DNA of 64,000 nt from Spirochaetia bacterium (GCA_965218205.1 OZ244590.1:1176178-1240177); one strand, 5' to 3'. Shown: positions 10,536 through 20,290, counted from the first letter of the stretch. Program-made: numbers and translations. The notes: generated by a model from the letters alone, not told the origin.

Positions 10536-10765
10536 AATTTTTTAATTGAGTTGATAGATACCTTTAAAGTTCTATATCTTGTTTAATACTACAAATATGG
10601 TGAAAACATCCTATTTTTACAAAAAATAATTTTATAATTTTTAGCAAAATGGAAGTAAATTTATAATTTTCTAAAGTATCTTCTTTACTCATGTATAGTA
10701 TAATAGCATATTTATACATTATTGTTTTACTTACTACAATTAATTTACATATATTCTATCATCGC

Positions 10766-10855
10766 CTTACGGACTAATTTTTTTTAACATTCCTGCTTCT
10801 AAAGTATATATTGAAGAGCATGTATAACGGAGTACTTCTTCTAAATGAGAAATAA
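10766..10855. repeat. Direct repeat R (~90 bp). The native 3' end of the ABC ATPase gene
   Basis: See repeat L. This copy is continuous with CDS 10767..11648. Confidence 0.9.
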
Positions 10856-11648
10856 GCACTACTGAGCTTTTATAGCAAGAAAATAAATGGAGTACTATAT
10901 CGAGTATTTGTTTTCGTAGTCTGCTATCTAAAAAGCTTACTGGTTCATCTAATATGATAAGCTTTGGTTTTACAATAAATACCCGTACTAACGATAATCG
11001 TTGTAGTTCTCCTCCAGATACCTGATGAGGCAAACGGTGCAAAAGAGCATTGGATATTCCTACTTTTTGTAAAAGTTCAAATAACTCATGCTGAAACGTT
11101 TCTCGTAATGCTTTTTTACTTATTTCTGTTTTTGTTGTGTTGTTATCTGTATACATTGTTTCATAGTATGTCTTTTTATATGCAGTAAAAGTATCGTACA
11201 TACTTTGATATATGCTAAGACGGGGATTGAAACTTGCAAGGGGTTGCTGATATACCATTTGACATTGTAAATACATGCTTTTTTTATAATGAGAATAATG
11301 TTGCTTTTTATTCTTAAAATAAAAATTTCCTGATAAAGGAGAGATAGTGCCAGCTAGTAGCTTTGCAAGTGTAGACTTACCTGCTCCAGAATATCCTTGT
11401 ATGCCCACAAACTCATGATGAGATATATCAATAGATACATCATGTAATAGTAATGATTGCAGTAATGCACTTTGCTTCGTACTGTTAGTATTGCTATGAG
11501 TATTGTCTTTTTGTAGTATTGCATGTTTTAAGGCAGTATACTTTTTGGAAGAAGAAACAGTATGCCAAGAAAAATACACATGCTCAAATCTTATAAAAGA
11601 AAGAGAAGTATCATTTGTATATATACTGTTAATAGTACTATCTTTCAT
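10767..11648 (-). CDS. ABC transporter ATP-binding protein, peptide/nickel (OppF/DppF/NikE-like) family
   Basis: 293 aa. Walker A GYSGAGKST. The motif MVYQQPLASFNPRLSIYQ is characteristic of Opp/Dpp/Nik ATPases. ABC signature LSGGELQRLSL and Walker B LIILDEP are present. Confidence 0.85.
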   Translation of the reverse strand: MKDSTINSIYTNDTSLSFIRFEHVYFSWHTVSSSKKYTALKHAILQKDNTHSNTNSTKQSALLQSLLLHDVSIDISHHEFVGIQGYSGAGKSTLAKLLAGTISPLSGNFYFKNKKQHYSHYKKSMYLQCQMVYQQPLASFNPRLSIYQSMYDTFTAYKKTYYETMYTDNNTTKTEISKKALRETFQHELFELLQKVGISNALLHRLPHQVSGGELQRLSLVRVFIVKPKLIILDEPVSFLDSRLRKQILDIVLHLFSCYKSSVVLISHLEEVLRYTCSSIYTLEAGMLKKISP

Positions 11649-11673
11649 ATAATGCTTCCATATAATGTATATA

Positions 11674-12375
11674 TTATTTTTGCAATGAATTATAAAATAA
11701 AGATTGAATATAGGGATGTTTTTTTGTCAGTACTTCTTGTGTTGTCCCCATTATTACTTGTTCTCCATTGTGAAGAACAAGTATTTTTGAACAAAATTGT
11801 TTAATAAGGTGCATTCTATGTGTTACAAGAACAAGTGCTTTTGTGTGCTTTTTTAATAACTGTAGTATTTCCATTTCATGCTTTCTATCAAGAGAAGAAC
11901 TAATCTCATCAGCAAGAATCCAGTCATACCCACATGCTAATACCATTGCTAGCATAATTCTCTGTGCCATCCCTCCTGATAGCTGTTGTGGATAAGAAGA
12001 TAGTAGCTCTTTTGTTGCTGGCAAATCAACATTGCGTAAAGATTTGTGTATTACTTCATCATCTATACGGATATGAGGAGCTATAGTATGGAGTTTCTTA
12101 AATGAAGAATATACAGTACGTAATGGATTTAAGCATGATTTTGAATCTTGAAAAATCATACCAAAACGTGGAGAAGGAAATTGTAGCATCCCACTTATTT
12201 CTAACGTATCTGAAATAGAATTGATTATTCCTGCAAGCGTTTTTAGTAAAGTAGTTTTTCCTGCTCCCGAATGTCCTACTACAGCAAGGACTTCCCCTTC
12301 TGACAAAGATATGCTAATATCCTTAAGAACATATGTTTCTTGTTTTTGTACAGTAAGATTGTGAGCTAGCATCAT
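11674..12375 (-). CDS. ABC transporter ATP-binding protein, peptide/nickel (OppD/DppD/NikD-like) family
   Basis: 233 aa. Walker A GHSGAGKTT. FQDSKSCLNPLRTV. Signature LSGGMAQRIMLA. Overlaps the permease gene by 4 nt. Confidence 0.85.
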   Translation of the reverse strand: MMLAHNLTVQKQETYVLKDISISLSEGEVLAVVGHSGAGKTTLLKTLAGIINSISDTLEISGMLQFPSPRFGMIFQDSKSCLNPLRTVYSSFKKLHTIAPHIRIDDEVIHKSLRNVDLPATKELLSSYPQQLSGGMAQRIMLAMVLACGYDWILADEISSSLDRKHEMEILQLLKKHTKALVLVTHRMHLIKQFCSKILVLHNGEQVIMGTTQEVLTKKHPYIQSLFYNSLQK

Positions 12376-13304
12376 AGCGTATCACCATAAGAAATAGTTG
12401 TATAATAACGCTTATAGAGTAATTTTAAGATTATATGCACAGTGCCTATAATTACCCCGTATACTAACACAATAGTTCTCATCAATAACAAATCACGGGA
12501 GTTTACTGCATTTACAAGTAAAGTGCCAAGACCAGGAATTGCAAAAGTAAATTCTATGAGAATGCTGCCTCCCATCAATATACTTATCTGTACTGACGAA
12601 ATGGCAATAGTATATAATAGAGCGTTTGGGAGTATATCATTTTTCCATATCTGTGATTGGGAATACCCGAGACTATAAGAAAAATGTACAAAAGGGAGCT
12701 TACTAATCATAGTTACTGCTTTTAGTAAAGAACGCACATACAAAGGAATTTGTAGCAACACTAACACTATGAGAGGAACAATATACCGTACCACACTCTC
12801 AAGAGAAACATTACTTGAAGTATAAAACAGAGGAATTGGAATAGAAAAAAAAGTAACACACATTATTATAAGTAAACTTAACGTGAGGGGGGTAAAAGAC
12901 AATAGCATAGTTTCTAATACAGTATAGATTTTCTTTATGAAATGTACATGCTGATACTGAAAAAGTATTTTTACTATAGAAAGTGAAAAAAATAATGCTA
13001 TTATCCAAGAAAGTCCATTTAAGAGTAGCGTAATACCCCAATGTGATACAATAAGATCAACAATAGGAATATCAAGATATACTGATGTTCCTAATTGTAA
13101 ATGCAACAACGACCATACCCATGAAAAAAAAGAGTACATATAGGTAGAAAATGTAGTATCATCTGTTTGGATGCTTGTATACTCCATACCTGCAAGAATT
13201 TCTTCTGCATTGCCTGGCAAGATAACACTTATTGTATATACTATAAAAGCAAGTCCAAAAAGTAATAATAAAAACTGAGCAATAAAGAAAAATAATTGTT
13301 TCAT
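12372..13304 (-). CDS. ABC transporter permease (OppB/DppB/NikB-like, BPD_transp_1)
   Basis: 310 aa, multi-pass membrane protein. N-terminus ILPGNAEEILAGMEY resembles OppB/DppB. An EAA-like loop (SLGYSQSQIWKNDILPNAL) is present. No second permease or substrate-binding protein gene is adjacent. Confidence 0.75.
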   Translation of the reverse strand: MKQLFFFIAQFLLLLFGLAFIVYTISVILPGNAEEILAGMEYTSIQTDDTTFSTYMYSFFSWVWSLLHLQLGTSVYLDIPIVDLIVSHWGITLLLNGLSWIIALFFSLSIVKILFQYQHVHFIKKIYTVLETMLLSFTPLTLSLLIIMCVTFFSIPIPLFYTSSNVSLESVVRYIVPLIVLVLLQIPLYVRSLLKAVTMISKLPFVHFSYSLGYSQSQIWKNDILPNALLYTIAISSVQISILMGGSILIEFTFAIPGLGTLLVNAVNSRDLLLMRTIVLVYGVIIGTVHIILKLLYKRYYTTISYGDTL

Positions 13305-13349
13305 GTGTGTAAGAGATATTACATTCTTTCTATCTATTTTATGAGTATC

Positions 13350-14153
13350 TTAGACACTATGCAATGCTTCATGCAAAAAAGTATGTACTCCTGAAATACC
13401 ATCTTGGTGCAATATGTTAATGATATGACTTCCAATAACAAGAATATCAACATACCCTTTGAGTGCTTTAATGTGCTTAATGCTTGAAATTCCAAACCCT
13501 CCTATAATAGGAACAGAAAAGTAGTTTCGTATATTTTGTAAAAAAGACAGTACAGAAGAGTCAATAGTTTTCTTTGTTCCAGTAATGCCAATACGAAGCG
13601 TGCAATAGACTAAGTAGCTACAAATATCTGCCATAGCTTTCAAACGAGTTGTATCTACATTTGCTGAAATTACTGGTATCATAGGGATAGTATCATGAGA
13701 AGTAAATGCAGAAAACTCTTCTTCATCAAATGGTAAATCAGGAATAATACATCCTGCAACGTTCAATGCTTCTGAACAACGTAAAAATTTTTTAATACCA
13801 AAACTGTATGGAATATTTGCATAGGTCATCAATAACAATGGAATTGAAATTTCATCCCTAATGTGAGCAATAAAATCAAAACACTGTTGTATGCTTACTC
13901 CTTGTTCTAATACTGTTTGGTTTGCTTGCATAATGGTACTGCCGTCTCCTAAAGGATCACTAAACGGTAGTTGTATTTCAATATGTGAAACGCCTGCATC
14001 TACCATAGTTTTGATAAGCTGATAAGAAGTGTCAAAATTTGGGTATCCAGCAACAACATGTGTCATGAGAGTAGTAGGACTATTTGAATGTTGAGATAGC
14101 TGTGTACTTAGTGTATGTTTCTTTTTTATGTGTTTCATTTTATTTTTTATCAT
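13350..14153 (-). CDS. trpA: Tryptophan synthase alpha subunit
   Basis: VVAGYPNFDTSYQLIKTMVDAGVSHIEIQLPFSDPLGDGSTIMQANQ is the TrpA active-site region. The start is ambiguous (Met1 at 14153 overlaps trpB; Met6 at 14138 abuts the trpB stop). Confidence 0.88.
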   Translation of the reverse strand: MIKNKMKHIKKKHTLSTQLSQHSNSPTTLMTHVVAGYPNFDTSYQLIKTMVDAGVSHIEIQLPFSDPLGDGSTIMQANQTVLEQGVSIQQCFDFIAHIRDEISIPLLLMTYANIPYSFGIKKFLRCSEALNVAGCIIPDLPFDEEEFSAFTSHDTIPMIPVISANVDTTRLKAMADICSYLVYCTLRIGITGTKKTIDSSVLSFLQNIRNYFSVPIIGGFGISSIKHIKALKGYVDILVIGSHIINILHQDGISGVHTFLHEALHSV

Positions 14154-15537
14154 CCGTATGTCTTGCTATTTGATCTGTAAGATATGCAAGCCACCCTTCC
14201 TTATCAATATGTGGTGCAGCAATAAATATGTCTTTATCCCCTCTCCCTGATATATTCACCACTATGTTTACTGGACGCTGAGCAGCTACTTTTTTTGCTA
14301 TGTTGGTGTTGCTCATCTTTTTTTGCTTTAGCAGTGATGCTATTTTTGGTAACACTGCAATGGCATGAGAGCTTTCAAGTGCAGGGATGATACCTTCTGT
14401 TTTTGAAAGTAAGCTGTACCCTTGTATAGCTTGGGCATCACTTGCATAGGTAAAATGAACGCGTCCTATATCATAATAATGTGCAAGCTGTGGGGAAATT
14501 CCCGAATAATCTAATCCTGCACTAATTGAATGTGTATTTGCAATTTGCCCGTCTTTGTTCTGTAAAAAATATGATTTATACCCTTGAGTAATGCCAATAC
14601 TCGCATTCCCTTGAAGACGTACTGCATGTTTCTTACTAGACAAGCCATATCCACCAGCTTCAACACCAAGCAATGCGGTATTAGTATGTTCAAAAAAACT
14701 GGAAAATATACCCATTGCGTTTGACCCTCCCCCTACACATGCTATTATCATATCAAGAGCTACCGATGAAGAAGTACCAGAGAGAGAAGGATGCTGCTTT
14801 TCTGTACTGCTGTTTTTTTTCATTGATGCCTGTTGTTCTTGAAAATATGTCTGAAATTGCTCTTGCAACTCTATGCTGATAATAGATTGAAAAAATTGAA
14901 CAATATTAGGATATGGAAATGGACCAAGTGCTGATCCAAGTATATAATGAGTATCAAAAACATGTTCTATCCAATATTTCATTGCAGCATTTACCGCATC
15001 TTTGAGCGTTCTGTTTCCTTCTTTTACAGAAACAACCTTTGCTCCCATCAATTTCATAGCGTATACATTAGGATGTTGTCGTTTTACATCAGTTTCTCCC
15101 ATAAATATAATGCAATCAAGTCCTAATTTAGCACATGCTGCAGCTGTGGCAAGACCGTGTTGTCCTGCACCAGTTTCAGCTACAATTTTATTTTTTCCCA
15201 TATATTTTGCAAGTAAGGCTTGCCCGAGTGCATTATTCATTTTATGAGCACCAGTATGATTAAGATGCTCAAGTTTTAGAAATATGTTAGAGTCTTTATG
15301 TAAACCTGCTTTTTTAATAACAGTGTGTGTTAGATTATCTGCTTTGTAGAGAGGACTTGGTCTGCCATTATATTTTTTTTGTACATCGTTGAGTTCGTCA
15401 ATAAATTGAGTAGTATCAATACATTGTACAAAGGCAGTAGCTAATTCATCTAATGGTTGTATTAACATCTCAGGGACATATCTACCACCATATGTACCAA
15501 AATAGCGATGTAGTGTAATATTACTTTTCTTGTACAT
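14140..15537 (-). CDS. trpB: Tryptophan synthase beta subunit (long form with ~30-aa internal insertion and C-terminal extension)
   Basis: HTGAHKMNNALGQALLAKYMGK...VAETGAGQHGLATAAACAKLGLDCIIFMGETDV is the TrpB PLP site. It is 465 aa against ~400 typical. A Ser/Gln-rich insert lies before ACVGGGSNAMG. Confidence 0.9.
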   Translation of the reverse strand: MYKKSNITLHRYFGTYGGRYVPEMLIQPLDELATAFVQCIDTTQFIDELNDVQKKYNGRPSPLYKADNLTHTVIKKAGLHKDSNIFLKLEHLNHTGAHKMNNALGQALLAKYMGKNKIVAETGAGQHGLATAAACAKLGLDCIIFMGETDVKRQHPNVYAMKLMGAKVVSVKEGNRTLKDAVNAAMKYWIEHVFDTHYILGSALGPFPYPNIVQFFQSIISIELQEQFQTYFQEQQASMKKNSSTEKQHPSLSGTSSSVALDMIIACVGGGSNAMGIFSSFFEHTNTALLGVEAGGYGLSSKKHAVRLQGNASIGITQGYKSYFLQNKDGQIANTHSISAGLDYSGISPQLAHYYDIGRVHFTYASDAQAIQGYSLLSKTEGIIPALESSHAIAVLPKIASLLKQKKMSNTNIAKKVAAQRPVNIVVNISGRGDKDIFIAAPHIDKEGWLAYLTDQIARHTDDKK

Positions 15538-15600
15538 ATCTATATCAATTATATACTATTAGTACATTTTTTATAAGAGGAATTTCTTTTTATATAATCT

Positions 15601-15639
15601 CCTATAGCAAAAAAGGAGCATTTCCTTTCTTGCTATAGG
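15601..15639. terminator. 17-bp-stem hairpin immediately 3' of the giant lipoprotein gene (no clear U-tract). Probable terminator or stabilising stem-loop, also conserved at 58251-58289
   Basis: cctatagcaaaaaagga gcatt tcctttcttgctatagg has 16/17 complementary positions. The same structure follows paralog 3. Confidence 0.55.
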
Positions 15640-15662
15640 CATGTGTCTCTTATGTACCTCTA

Positions 15663-18600
15663 TTATGAAGTACATTCTGGATCATCTCTATCCTTTGGAA
15701 ACCAATCTGTTTTTTTTGCCATAGCTGAATTTTGGAAATCACCATTCTTTACTGATATTTTACAAATTTTCCACGAGGATAAATTTTGATTAAATTCAGA
15801 AGCGTTATAAAAGACAAAATTAAATCTTGTAACATTACCTACATTCCAACCTGATATATCCTTATCAAACTTACTTGCGTCTCTAAACATAAGATCCATA
15901 TTAGTAACCTTACGCGTATCCCAATCTCCTATATCTTTATTAAAAGCACGTGCTCTATTGAACATAGAACTCATATTAGTAACTTTGCTTACATCCCAAT
16001 CTCCTATATTTTTATTAAAAGCACTTTCTTGAAATAGAGCTTGCATATTCGTTACATTACTGGTATTCCACTGTGTTATATTTCCATTAAAAGTACTATC
16101 TTGATAAAATAAAGCATTCATATCAGTAATAGCACTGGTATCTATCATGTTGAGGTTGGGGCTAGGGTTGTTGTTACCTCCTGAACCTTGTCTTGTTTTT
16201 TCTGCAGTGATAATAGCTTGCAGTGCTGCTTTTGTTGTTGGTCTGTAATAGGTAGCTGATTGTCCTGCTAGTTTTACCAGCCCTGTCTCTACATTGATAG
16301 TCGCAAGTACCTTTTGTCCCGAGTTTGCTCCCGCAGAAGTAATGGTACACTCCACTACTCCATAGCTATACTCAGTTATAGCAGTATCATGTATGTTTGA
16401 TTTATTTGCTGTGCCTGCTATCGTTACTGTATTGGTATTTTTTGCAAATGTTACTGTTAAGCCTGTTTCTTGTTTGAGTGTGCTGTTATCTACTGTGCTT
16501 TCATCACAGGTAAATGATAGTCCACTAGGACTAATGCTGGTAAGTACTCTTGTTGTATGTGCTGATGTTGGTGCTGAGCCTACTGTTGCTGAAACTTTTG
16601 TAGCATTTCCTATCACTACTACTGGAGTGCTGGCAGAGACTGCTGTTGCTTCTGCTGATACCTTTGTCTTTTTGAGGCTGTTTACTGCTACTGCGGTGAT
16701 ATAGTACTTTGTATTCAATCGTAGGTTGCGTATTGTATAGCTTGTTGCTCCTGTTGGTACATCGTCTTTTTCTGCTCCTACTTGTGCATCGCTTGCTGCT
16801 TGTGCTTGTGTTTTTACTGTTGCTCCATTTATGCTTGTATTTGAGGCTATATAGTATACTTTGTAATCTATTTGATTATCTCTGAGAGTAGTTGTTCCGT
16901 CTTCTGTTGTTCCTTTCACGGTTGGGGCTGTTATGGTAAGTACTATGGTTGCTCCTTGTGCATTTGCTTGTATGGTGGGCTTTCCTGGTGCTCCATAGGC
17001 TTCTTTTGCGATAAACTCCTTGCGGACACCTCTTGATTCTTTGTTAGGATCGGTGCTGTTTACTGCTTGCACTACTATTTCGTAGCTTGTGCCTACTGTC
17101 ACACTGGTCAGAGTGCTGTTGGTTGTTCCTGCTGCTGTTGTTGTGGGGCTTCCTCCTGCTGCTATTATTATCTCTGCTATTGTCCTCTGTGAACTACCAT
17201 TTTTTGCTACTTTGTATACTTTGTACGATACTTGTGCTACTGCTAGGGTGTCTCCTGTGTCTGTTTTGTGGCTTGCAGTAAGGCTGGGGGCTGTCCACGA
17301 TAGCGTTGCATTCCTTCCTTCTACTCCTTTTACTTGTATGTTGCTTACTTCTGCGGGATCTGTTGCTTGTGATGCGGTTGTTACTGTTGCCACTGTCGAT
17401 ACTGCTTTTTTGCTTGGGTCTGTTTTTATGGCTACTTCTACTACAAAGTGATACTTTGTCGCTCCTTTTATTGCTACTGTTGGGGATGTCACGCCTAAAC
17501 TGCTAAGCGCTGGTACTGTGTACACTCCGTTCCTTGCACTGCCTATAGTTACTTTTCTGCCTTTTTGTACTTCTGCTACTGTTGGGGTTGTGTCTTTCTG
17601 TAAGCCGTACACTGTGTATACTAGCTCATCATTGCTGGTTACTGTTGTGCCGTCTTTGTTTTTTGCTCCTGTTATTGTGCTTAATTGTGTGAGTACTAGC
17701 TTTATTGTTCCTGTTGTGTTTGTTGATTGTGATACTACCAGCTTGTTTGCTAAGGACGAGGTAGGGGCTGTTGCTTTTGATCTGGGGATGGTGCTCAGTT
17801 CTAGTGTTTGTATCAGTGCTGGGTCCTTGCTTTGTGCTTTCTTTGTTGTAGAGGGGTTCAGGCTGTTTATTGCTTCTATGCCTATGGTGTATACTGCTCC
17901 TTTTGTTCCTATAAATGTTCCTCGTAAAGTGCTACTTCCTGCTATGTCTTGTGTTTGTACTCCTGTTATTGTTTTTATTTCGGCTATTGTTTTAGTACTC
18001 TGGTCTCCTGCTACTAGGTATACTTTGTACTGTATCTGTGCTTGTGTGAGTTTGCTGTCATTGGGTGCTTTGTGGTTGTCGGTAATTGTTCCTGCTTGAA
18101 ACTCGTACTGTACGGTATCGCTTGTTGCTGTTGATTCTGCAATAAGCAGAGTGAGGGTTTCTGGTGCGGGGGGGACAGTGGATATTGCATCATATACTGC
18201 TACTTTGTCAGTGAGTGTTGTTGGGGGGCTTACTCTGTTATTTTCTACTGTGAGAAAGCTAAAGCTATATTGTTTTGCATTGGCTTGTGTTGCTGATACT
18301 TCTATGCCATCTGCTATGCCAAAGCTAATGGTGGTAGCTATTCCTGTTATGCTTTTTTCTGCTATCAGTGTAGTGCTATCGTACATACGCAGGGTGTAGT
18401 ACTTATTTGATCCAGGTGCTTGCGTAAAGGTTGCTTTTATTTGTATTGCTCCTGTTGTTGTAACGAGGGCAGGCTTGCTTTGAAAGAGTTCTGCTGAGGG
18501 GGCTGTGAGTGGGGTGGGTGTTGTTATGTCTTGTGTTTTTGCATTGCTTTTGTTTTCTGCATAGTCTATTGCTTGTATTGTTACTGTGTATGTTTTGCCT

Positions 18601-20216
18601 TGACTGAGTGCTTCGACAGAGAGCGATGTTGTGGGATAGGGTATTTTTTTCTCGTTCAGTACTGTGGTAGTTGTGCCTTTCTCTTGTATGCTTATGCTGT
18701 ATTCTTTTATGTCTTTGTTCTTTGCTTTTGTTGCATCGGGTGCTGTCCATGTTATCTGTGTTGCTACTTTTGTTGCTGATACAAAGGGATAGCTTGCTTG
18801 TATGTTTGTTACTGGATCGGGATCGGTGCTATCTGCTCCTGTATCTACTGTTGCTGTTGCTTCTGTTCCTTTGTTGCCTGCACTGTCCATTGATACGACT
18901 GCCACTGTATACTCGGTGGTAGCTTTGAGGCCTGGTATCTGTGTGTTGCGTAGTGTTCTGTCTGTTATTGTTACTGTCTTTGCTGGAGTATCGCTCTCTT
19001 TCTCTGTTGCTGTTATAGTCACTCCTGCGTAGTCTCGTACATTGGGGGCTTGCCAGATGACTACTATGCTTGTTGCTCCTCCTACGGCACTTACATTGGT
19101 CGCGGGCTTTGTTGTTTTGTCGGTTGTTGCTTGTTCTTTTGACACTGCAGTGGAGTACTTTCCGTTTTGAGAGACATACACTTCTACTTTGTACGTAAGC
19201 GTGCCGTAGAGTTTTGTGAGTGCTATGCCATCTTTTGCGACATACACAGTGGCATATTCTTTTGTCTGTGCAGTTGCACTGCTGACATTGGTTGCACTGG
19301 TATCTTTGCTTATTGTCTCCTCTGCTACTATCGTCTGTGTTGCGGTTGCTGTTACTCGTACTAAGAGGCTTTTTGCTGTGTTGCCTGTTCCAAAGGCAAA
19401 GCTCCCCCACTTGATAAGCAGGCTTTCATCGGCAGGGCTATTGCTTTTATCGTTTGCTGTTACTGTAAGATTTGCCTCTGGTAGTGCTGCTACTGTTTGT
19501 GAGAGTGCTGATGCTTTTACGCCTGTCAGTACTGTTGTAGGACTGCTTGTGTTGTCATTTCTGTCTTTGTAGCGTATTTCTACATCATAGGATATGCCTG
19601 CAAGCGTAGAGATGTTTGGAAGCACAACCTCTCCTTGCTGTAGATTCTGCACGGTAGCTTGTGCAAGCACTGTGCCATCATTAGCCGTGCTTTTTACCAC
19701 TATTGTTGCTTCTGCTATGTCTGTCTTGCCTACTGCTAGTCGCTCTTTGTCCCATGTTATCTTTATGCCATCCCCCGACTTTTCTACTCCTACCTGTGTC
19801 AATGTGTCCTGTGGGGTAGTAGTATCTATCAGTGTTGTCACGGTGCGGGTTGTTTTTGGTGATACTTCTGTGTCCTTTTGGGCTTCAATCTCTACAGTGT
19901 AGTTAGTGAGTGCTTGCAAGCCTTTGAGTTTGTACGATTGTCCTTGTTGAAAGAGTGTTTGATATTCTATGGCAGGAACACGCACTTGTATTGATTGGGC
20001 TGGTGCGGTAGAGGTAGCGTTTACGACTACATGCGTGGCATCGCTTGGGGCTTGCCAGCGTAAAGCAAGCGTCCCATCATTGCCTGCTGGCTGTATCTGC
20101 ACATTGGACAGTGATGCAAGGGTCGGGGTTACCTGTTTCCCTCCCCCTCCGCCTGATGAGGAACTGCTACTGCCCTCCGAACATGCTACGAGTACGAGGG
20201 TAGTTATTGCTAGCAC
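15663..20216 (-). CDS. Giant surface lipoprotein, paralog 1. Multiple FN3/Ig-like repeats plus C-terminal DUF285 (BspA/mycoplasma-type) repeats. Body as called from GTG 20216; the true initiation is probably the ATG at 20314, currently out of frame (see the poly-G feature)
   Basis: 1517 aa. Lipobox LVAC, then a Ser/Gly linker. Repeated FN3-like endings (YTVTIQAIDYAENKS, EYTVAVVSMDSAGNKG). The C-terminal tandem motif ...MFxxAxxFNxDIGxWDVSxVTNM is typical of DUF285. The called GTG start leaves only 11 residues before the lipobox Cys, with no charged n-region. Confidence 0.85.
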   Translation of the reverse strand: MLAITTLVLVACSEGSSSSSSGGGGGKQVTPTLASLSNVQIQPAGNDGTLALRWQAPSDATHVVVNATSTAPAQSIQVRVPAIEYQTLFQQGQSYKLKGLQALTNYTVEIEAQKDTEVSPKTTRTVTTLIDTTTPQDTLTQVGVEKSGDGIKITWDKERLAVGKTDIAEATIVVKSTANDGTVLAQATVQNLQQGEVVLPNISTLAGISYDVEIRYKDRNDNTSSPTTVLTGVKASALSQTVAALPEANLTVTANDKSNSPADESLLIKWGSFAFGTGNTAKSLLVRVTATATQTIVAEETISKDTSATNVSSATAQTKEYATVYVAKDGIALTKLYGTLTYKVEVYVSQNGKYSTAVSKEQATTDKTTKPATNVSAVGGATSIVVIWQAPNVRDYAGVTITATEKESDTPAKTVTITDRTLRNTQIPGLKATTEYTVAVVSMDSAGNKGTEATATVDTGADSTDPDPVTNIQASYPFVSATKVATQITWTAPDATKAKNKDIKEYSISIQEKGTTTTVLNEKKIPYPTTSLSVEALSQGKTYTVTIQAIDYAENKSNAKTQDITTPTPLTAPSAELFQSKPALVTTTGAIQIKATFTQAPGSNKYYTLRMYDSTTLIAEKSITGIATTISFGIADGIEVSATQANAKQYSFSFLTVENNRVSPPTTLTDKVAVYDAISTVPPAPETLTLLIAESTATSDTVQYEFQAGTITDNHKAPNDSKLTQAQIQYKVYLVAGDQSTKTIAEIKTITGVQTQDIAGSSTLRGTFIGTKGAVYTIGIEAINSLNPSTTKKAQSKDPALIQTLELSTIPRSKATAPTSSLANKLVVSQSTNTTGTIKLVLTQLSTITGAKNKDGTTVTSNDELVYTVYGLQKDTTPTVAEVQKGRKVTIGSARNGVYTVPALSSLGVTSPTVAIKGATKYHFVVEVAIKTDPSKKAVSTVATVTTASQATDPAEVSNIQVKGVEGRNATLSWTAPSLTASHKTDTGDTLAVAQVSYKVYKVAKNGSSQRTIAEIIIAAGGSPTTTAAGTTNSTLTSVTVGTSYEIVVQAVNSTDPNKESRGVRKEFIAKEAYGAPGKPTIQANAQGATIVLTITAPTVKGTTEDGTTTLRDNQIDYKVYYIASNTSINGATVKTQAQAASDAQVGAEKDDVPTGATSYTIRNLRLNTKYYITAVAVNSLKKTKVSAEATAVSASTPVVVIGNATKVSATVGSAPTSAHTTRVLTSISPSGLSFTCDESTVDNSTLKQETGLTVTFAKNTNTVTIAGTANKSNIHDTAITEYSYGVVECTITSAGANSGQKVLATINVETGLVKLAGQSATYYRPTTKAALQAIITAEKTRQGSGGNNNPSPNLNMIDTSAITDMNALFYQDSTFNGNITQWNTSNVTNMQALFQESAFNKNIGDWDVSKVTNMSSMFNRARAFNKDIGDWDTRKVTNMDLMFRDASKFDKDISGWNVGNVTRFNFVFYNASEFNQNLSSWKICKISVKNGDFQNSAMAKKTDWFPKDRDDPECTS

Positions 20217-20290
20217 TAAAAACAGTGCAACGAGAGTTATGCTTTGCTTATATCGAGAGTGTACCCCCCCCCCCCCCCGATTTTTTTCAC
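16100..20290. repeat. Large direct repeat copy 1 (~4.2 kb, near-identical to 58760-62940)
   Basis: Block-by-block comparison of the two lipoprotein genes and their 5' ends. They diverge 3' of ~16100/58760 (DUF285 cassette) and 5' of the G tracts. Confidence 0.85.

Larger units (their letters stand above)
8653..10765 (-). mobile_element. Inserted restriction-modification gene cassette (R then M, translationally coupled), lower GC than its flanks
   Basis: Two-gene unit bounded by the ~90-bp direct repeats. AT-rich spacer sequences lie at both ends (8653-8809, 10536-10765). Coding sequence is visibly more AT-rich than neighbouring housekeeping genes. Confidence 0.75.

Noticed and set aside
8563-10855. 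The paired 90-bp repeats as a possible CRISPR array or MITE
   Set aside because: Only two copies are present, 2.2 kb apart. They are co-linear with a gene 3' end and have no spacer-repeat periodicity. They are best explained as a target duplication.
16393-19902. Dense stack of + strand ORFs (60-190 aa, Leu/Cys/Val-rich) inside lipoprotein paralog 1. Equivalent stacks sit inside paralogs 2 and 3 (21074-22935, 59050-62559).
   Set aside because: All are antisense to very long, well-supported minus-strand ORFs. Their low-complexity translations (LLLLL, CCC) reflect the strongly skewed composition of the template strand (T/G-rich, stop-poor). They are not genes.
20216-20216. GTG/TTG start codons reported by the ORF track for the giant lipoproteins (20216, 62873, 23514) and for ilvB (TTG 45324)
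   Set aside because: These are maximal-ORF extensions. For the lipoproteins the biologically sensible start is the SD-preceded ATG upstream of the G tract (paralogs 1 and 3) or the SD-preceded TTG at 23499 (paralog 2). For ilvB the TTG is the -35 hexamer and the ATG at 45360 is the start.
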